Shown: positions 59,935 through 64,000 of the stretch, in pieces | How the letters are laid out: each line of letters begins with the position of its first letter | How positions within the stretch are numbered: position 1 is the first letter of the stretch | From: Candidatus Omnitrophota bacterium | Lineage (GTDB): Bacteria; Omnitrophota; Gorgyraeia; Gygaellales; Profunditerraquicolaceae | DNA: 64,000 nt | Reading direction: 5' to 3' | Assembly (NCBI GenBank): GCA_025453395.1 | Contig: JALOQK010000005.1 | Location: forward strand, 12,684-76,683 | Program-made: the position numbers and the translations under genes | Notes under the pieces: model-generated | Databases searched by the model: none | The model's input: only the letters and a program-made list of their open reading frames with translations | Told to the model about the DNA's origin: nothing

Positions 59935-60264
59935 ATGAAGACAATAGTTCTTTTGACAATTTCTAATATTTTTATGACTTTTGCCTGGTATGGGCATTTG
60001 AAATATAAGCAATCGCCACTTTGGATTGTGATTTTGGTTAGTTGGGGCATTGCATTTGTGGAGTATTGCTTTCAGGTGCCGGCAAACCGGATTGGTTCGT
60101 ATCAATTCTCGACCGCCCAGCTAAAGACGATACAGGAAATTATTACTTTGGTAGTTTTTGCAGTCTTTTCAATTCTGTATCTTAAGGAAGATTTTAAATG
60201 GAACTACTTGGTAGGGTTTTTATTTATTATCTTGGCAGTAGTGTTCATATTTAAGAAATGGTAA
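59935..60264 (+). CDS. Small 4-TM membrane protein (DMT-superfamily-like, DUF486-like)
   Basis: 109 aa with four hydrophobic helices. Its last about 18 codons are duplicated twice downstream. Confidence 0.5.
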   Translation: MKTIVLLTISNIFMTFAWYGHLKYKQSPLWIVILVSWGIAFVEYCFQVPANRIGSYQFSTAQLKTIQEIITLVVFAVFSILYLKEDFKWNYLVGFLFIILAVVFIFKKW

Positions 60265-60270
60265 TGGCAC

Positions 60271-60292
60271 CTTTGCCTATTTGAAGGCAAAG
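60271..60292 (+). terminator. Hairpin ctttgcc / ggcaaag directly after the DMT-like gene, followed by a second gccg..cggc hairpin
   Basis: Read directly. No clear U-tract. Confidence 0.3.
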
Positions 60293-60309
60293 TGCGCCGC
60301 CTTCTGCGG

Positions 60310-60365
60310 CTAATTACGCGGTAGGGTTCTTTTTAATAATCTTAGCGGTGGTGGTGATATTTAAG
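60310..60365 (+). repeat. Degenerate copy 2 of the 3' end of the 59935 gene
   Basis: ggtagggttctttttaataatcttagcggtggtggtgatatttaagaagtggtag versus ggtagggtttttatttattatcttggcagtagtgttcatatttaagaaatggtaa. Confidence 0.8.
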
Positions 60366-60415
60366 AAGTGGTAGTAGTGTTCTTTGATTTTTTGCGTATG
60401 CCTTGTCTATAGTTT

Positions 60416-60640
60416 CTCGGGAGCGCTCGTTTTGACCCAGCGTGGCAAAACTTCGCTCGGGTCGGCTGCGTCGCTCTTGTGCATCCGAGCCCTAGATAAA
60501 TCCGTTTTTATAATTTGGAGTCGGATGCACAAACCAAGCCCGCTCCTTGCCTCCACGTCCCTCGAAACCATAGCCAAGTCTTTTGCAAAAAATCAAAAGG
60601 GTTGAGGAGACGGATGGTTTTTGATGCGCGCTCCCAAACC
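60416..60640 (+). other. GC-rich self-complementary island (candidate structured RNA or remnant mobile element) 150 nt upstream of metF
   Basis: Closing helix gggagcgc (60419-60426) / gcgctccc (60628-60635). 12-bp inverted repeat ttgtgcatccga / tcggatgcacaa around a 32-nt AT loop. Hairpins gtttt..aaaac and cttttg..caaaag. Confidence 0.3.
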
Positions 60641-60737
60641 CTGCGCAAAGGTGATAGATGTTTAATAGAGGGATAAAAAGAATTAGTGGTTTGCCTTTTG
60701 TGTTTTATCTTAAAGGGGAATCAATATGGCATTACGC

Positions 60738-60795
60738 TGTAGGGATTCTTTTTATTCTGTTGGCGCTATGGCATATATTTAAAAAGGAAAGATTA
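60738..60795 (+). repeat. Degenerate copy 3 of the 3' end of the 59935 gene, abutting metF RBS
   Basis: tgtagggattctttttattctgttggcgctatggcatatatttaaaaagg. Confidence 0.7.
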
Positions 60796-60797
60796 AA

Positions 60798-61667
60798 ATG
60801 ACCTTTAAAGAAAAATTGCAGGCAGGAAAGTTTTTGGTGACCTCGGAGATTGGGCCGCCAAAGGGGATTGAAACCGCGCAAATTTTAGAAGATGCTGAAC
60901 TTATTCGTAACAGAGTTGATGCCTACAATGTTACGGATTTGCAGAGTTCAGTGATGCGCTTAAGTTCCTTTGGTATGTGTGTCGCCTTAAAGCAAAAAGG
61001 CTTTGAGCCGATCTTACAGGTAACTTGCCGTGATAAGAATCGTTTGGCGCTGCAATCAGAATTATTGTCTGCCGCAAGCTTAGGTATAGAAAATGTTTTA
61101 ATCTTAACCGGTGATCATCCGTCGCTTGGGGATCATCCTGATGCCAAACCAGTGTTTGACCTTGATTCGGTGCAGTTGTTGCAGGCCGCCAAAAAGCTAC
61201 AGCAGGGTGAGGATATGAAGGGAAATAAGCTTATTGGAAAACCCCCAAGCTTTTGTCTTGGCGCGGTAGTTAATCCCGGTGCTGACCCTCTGGAACCGCA
61301 GGTCATGAAGATGGAAAAGAAAATTGAAGCGGGAGCAGAATTTCTTCAGACCCAGGCAGTTTATGATGTTAAACTTTTTGAGAATTTCTTAAATAAAACC
61401 AAGCATTTGAAGACTCCAGTTATGGCCGGGATTGTTTTATTAAAGTCTGCTGGGATGGCGCGCTATATGAATAAAAATGTCCCTGGGGTCTTTGTGCCGG
61501 AGGATTTAATTAAGGAGATGGAAGCTACTAAAGATAAACAAGCTACTTGCGTGGAAATTGCCGCGCGCCTGATCAAAGAACTAAAACCCATGTGCCAAGG
61601 AATACATATTATGTCTATCGGATGGGATAAAGTCGTTCCGAGAGTTTTAGATGCAAGCGGCCTATAA
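60798..61667 (+). CDS. metF: 5,10-methylenetetrahydrofolate reductase (MetF family)
   Basis: FLVTSEIGPPKG start, ILTGDHPSLGDHPDAKPVFDLDSVQLL and LQTQAVYD motifs. Confidence 0.8.
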   Translation: MTFKEKLQAGKFLVTSEIGPPKGIETAQILEDAELIRNRVDAYNVTDLQSSVMRLSSFGMCVALKQKGFEPILQVTCRDKNRLALQSELLSAASLGIENVLILTGDHPSLGDHPDAKPVFDLDSVQLLQAAKKLQQGEDMKGNKLIGKPPSFCLGAVVNPGADPLEPQVMKMEKKIEAGAEFLQTQAVYDVKLFENFLNKTKHLKTPVMAGIVLLKSAGMARYMNKNVPGVFVPEDLIKEMEATKDKQATCVEIAARLIKELKPMCQGIHIMSIGWDKVVPRVLDASGL

Positions 61668-61671
61668 AATA

Positions 61672-61796
61672 ATAATTAATAACCAAACACCAAATAAGTT
61701 CCAATAATCAATACTCAATTTACCAAACAGGTTTGGTTATTGATAATTGGTGTTTGATTATTATTTGGTTATTGGGAAAATTGGTCATTGGTTATT
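61672..61796 (+). repeat. Family A palindromic element (centre ccaaacaggtttgg)
   Basis: taataaccaaacaccaaataag ... taccaaacaggtttggttattgataattggtgtttg ... tttggttattgg ... ttggttatt. Confidence 0.8.
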
Positions 61797-61810
61797 AAAA
61801 CGAATATATT

Positions 61811-62596
61811 ATGAAGATAATTATCATTGGAGATACCTTGGCTGCTTTTTCTGCCTGCGAGTTTTTCTTAGGCAAGAAATGTGAAGTTACCATAGTTACG
61901 CAAAATGCTTTTCTTCCTTATAGCCGGGATAAGCTTCTTGAGTACACAACCGACAAAATAAAGGAGAAAGAGCTTTATTTTGCCAACGAGGATTTTTATA
62001 AAAGTAATCAGGTGCAGATTATCCGCGACAAGCAATTAAACCGCATTGATGAAAGAAAAAAGAAAGTCTTCCTGAAAGATGGCCCGGTATTGGATTATGA
62101 TCAAGTGTTTAATTTTTCTCTTCCCAAAGTAAATTTACCAGAAATAGCCGGCAAGCATAAAAAAGGCGTGTTTCTTTTCTCTAATTTAGAGTCAGCCAAA
62201 GAAATCAAACAGCGTATGGCTATATCTGACGTTGCCTGCATTATCGGAACAAGCCAGAAAATAAAAACAATCGCCGCGCATCTATTGGAGAGAAAAAGGG
62301 AAGTCAAGATCATGACGCTTGAGGATCCCCAGATAGAGGCGCATGATAATTTGGAATGGATTCACGATGAAAATCCGCTTGAATTTATCGGCGACGGAGA
62401 GCTTCAGGCCATAAAACTTAACAGCAAAAAAGTCATAGCCGTAGATATTGCTATTTTCTTTCAAGATAATCTTAAAACTGACGAAGAATTAAAACAAGAA
62501 GGTCTAAATAAAATACAGGAGAATGTCCCGACGCCACAGACTGATGAGGCTAGCGCCGGAGGTCAAAAACAGGGGGTAACATGTCAGACGTCTTAA
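61811..62596 (+). CDS. Hypothetical protein with degenerate Rossmann-like N-terminus, between metF and acsB
   Basis: MKIIIIGDTLAAFSA resembles a decayed GxGxxG dinucleotide-binding start. No further recognisable motifs. Overlaps acsB start by 16 nt. Confidence 0.4.
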   Translation: MKIIIIGDTLAAFSACEFFLGKKCEVTIVTQNAFLPYSRDKLLEYTTDKIKEKELYFANEDFYKSNQVQIIRDKQLNRIDERKKKVFLKDGPVLDYDQVFNFSLPKVNLPEIAGKHKKGVFLFSNLESAKEIKQRMAISDVACIIGTSQKIKTIAAHLLERKREVKIMTLEDPQIEAHDNLEWIHDENPLEFIGDGELQAIKLNSKKVIAVDIAIFFQDNLKTDEELKQEGLNKIQENVPTPQTDEASAGGQKQGVTCQTS

Positions 62597-64000
62597 TCCA
62601 GTTAGGTGAAAAAGGAAATCAAGCGGTGTTTGGTTTGACCAAAGATTCTCTTGAAAAGACAATCAAAGAAAAAGGCGAAACCACCGCTATTAGTTTTCCG
62701 GAAACCAATTATTTTTTCCCCCTTGCCAATGCATTACTTAAAATGGAAGTTAAGACTTTAGCGGATTGCCGCCTTGTTTTAAAACAGGTAGAGGCAATAC
62801 ATAAAAATTTACCTGCTTCTAACGGCATGAAATTAGAAGCCTTAGGAGGAGTTTTGCATAAAGGTTTAGGCACGCTTTTATGTGAAGAAGTTTTAGCTAG
62901 TTTAGAATATCTATACGGCAGGCACCCCAAGCAGGGAGCGGGATTCTTATCAGATACGCTTTTGCGCGCTTTAGGCATTCAGCTTGTAGACGGAAGAATT
63001 GCCGGCATCGCGGTTATTTTGGGCCCGGCGAAAGATGCTGAATCAGCGGTCAAGTTAGTGCGCGATTTTCAAAGTAGAAGCATCGTCAGCCTTTTGGTTG
63101 GAAATGTTAGCGGTAACACTTTTCAAAAGCAGCTTGAAAGCCAGAAAGTGGAAATCGGTTTAGACAATTATGTGGTTTCTTTAGGCGATGACTATCTCTC
63201 AGTAATTTACGCGGTGAACTGGGCGGTGCGCGCGGCCTTAATGTACGGCGGGCAAAAAAGCGGGCAGTGGAAGGAAATCCTTAATTACACCAAGGAAAAG
63301 GTCCCGGCTTTTGTAGTTTTGTTAAATCATGTGGATGAAGTAATTGTGGCTACCGGCCTTGGTGCTTTGGCCATGGGTTTTCCGATTATAAGCGACCTTG
63401 ATGTGCCGCAGGTGGGCAAGATCGATACTACTCTTTATGAAGCGCTTGTGGTTGAAAAGGATTATAGCAAATTAGCCGCAAAATGCGTGGAGGCCAGGGG
63501 ATTGAAAGTCAAAGTTACCAATATTCCCATTCCGGTTTCTTACGCGGCAGCCTTTGAGGGTGAGCGGGTGCGCAAAGAAAACCTGCATGCTGAATTTGGC
63601 GGCAAGGCAAGCACTGCCTTTGAATTCTTGTTTATGCGCAATTTAAATGAAGTGGAAGACGGGAAGATTGAACTTATTGGGCCGGATGTGGATAATCTGC
63701 CGGCAGGAAAGAAGTCTTTACCGCTTGCTATTATTGTAGAAGTTGCCGGAAGAAAGATGCAAAAAGATTTTGAGCCGATCTTAGAGCGGCAAATCCACCG
63801 TTTTGTGAATTACGCCATGGGCTTAATGCACGTGGGCCAGCGGGAAATGAACTGGATCCGTATTTCTAAGGATGCTTTTGTTAAAGGTTTTCGCCTGAAG
63901 CATATCGGGGTTATCCTGCATGCGATGTTGCATCAGGAATATAGCGCAATTGTAGATAAAGTGCAGGTCAAGCTATATACTAAAATAGAAGACGTAGGGC
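62581..64000 (+). CDS. acsB: CO-methylating acetyl-CoA synthase subunit (AcsB/CdhC family), 3' end beyond window
   Basis: Frame open from ATG 62581 to 64000. AFEGERVRKENLHAEFGG, KIELIGPDVDNLPAGKKSLPLAIIVEVAGRKMQKDFEPILERQIHRFVNYAMGLMHVGQREMNWIRISKDAFVKGFRLKHIG is colinear with Moorella AcsB. Confidence 0.85.
   Translation, partial: MSDVLIQLGEKGNQAVFGLTKDSLEKTIKEKGETTAISFPETNYFFPLANALLKMEVKTLADCRLVLKQVEAIHKNLPASNGMKLEALGGVLHKGLGTLLCEEVLASLEYLYGRHPKQGAGFLSDTLLRALGIQLVDGRIAGIAVILGPAKDAESAVKLVRDFQSRSIVSLLVGNVSGNTFQKQLESQKVEIGLDNYVVSLGDDYLSVIYAVNWAVRAALMYGGQKSGQWKEILNYTKEKVPAFVVLLNHVDEVIVATGLGALAMGFPIISDLDVPQVGKIDTTLYEALVVEKDYSKLAAKCVEARGLKVKVTNIPIPVSYAAAFEGERVRKENLHAEFGGKASTAFEFLFMRNLNEVEDGKIELIGPDVDNLPAGKKSLPLAIIVEVAGRKMQKDFEPILERQIHRFVNYAMGLMHVGQREMNWIRISKDAFVKGFRLKHIGVILHAMLHQEYSAIVDKVQVKLYTKIEDVG

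Noticed and set aside
60384-60605. 73-aa + strand ORF within the second GC-rich island.
   Set aside because: No RBS and no similarity to anything. The region is dominated by long inverted repeats.
60416-60640. Assignment of the pre-metF island to SAH, SAM-I or THF riboswitch classes.
   Set aside because: By eye there is only fragmentary similarity (GAGCGCU, GCUCGG, UGCAUCCG). The expected P1 pairing and conserved cores are not present. It is left unclassified pending a covariance-model search.

Overview
This 64-kb window comes from a Gram-negative-type bacterium that is probably anaerobic. It encodes a complete lipid A/Kdo/LPS-export pathway and also Wood-Ljungdahl genes (fchA, folD, metF, acsB). 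The lineage cannot be assigned from this sequence alone. All ~62 genes I can support lie on the + strand. Gene content, in order, is as follows. aroC (5' truncated at the window edge), spoVG, aroK, dprA, a four-helix-bundle gene inside a palindromic element, topA and xerC. A long co-linear envelope cluster: waaA, a cupin-like hypothetical, lpxK, an LpxL-ELM1 fusion, a GT4-GT9 fusion, GT4, a polysaccharide deacetylase, GT9, a GT9-GT9 fusion, a heptose kinase, then kdsB-kdsA-kdsD-kdsC-lptC/A-lptB. A trigger factor lacking its PPIase domain, then clpP. A class V aminotransferase with serA. A degenerate metallophosphatase/thioredoxin-like secreted protein. A LeuA-family synthase and purA. An OmpA lipoprotein, then DUF4912 with GH57. 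uppS-cdsA-dxr-rseP-ispG. An orphan CpaF ATPase. proS-rimP-nusA-infB-trpS-scpA-ruvB. A Yip1-like membrane gene with queH, spoIID, queA, tgt, trmD, rplS, rnhB and yraN. Finally fchA-folD, a small DMT-like gene, metF, an unknown Rossmann-like ORF, and the 5' part of acsB. Almost all non-coding DNA consists of at least four families of oligonucleotide-built palindromic or tandem repeats, with units CCAATAACCAAA, AGCTGAW heptamers, AAAGCGTAAAG and GTGGGATGTGAG. Several copies run in-frame through essential genes or signal peptides. One CCAATAACCAAA-family palindrome carries the four-helix-bundle gene at its centre. Two short GC-rich, strongly self-complementary islands (51631-51810 and 60416-60640) and a 41-bp tandem hairpin array directly upstream of nusA are not explained by any annotated feature. 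The second island is flanked by triplicated copies of the neighbouring gene's 3' end. These three regions are the best candidates for new RNA, regulatory or mobile elements. All calls were made by eye from the translations and sequence; no database search was run.
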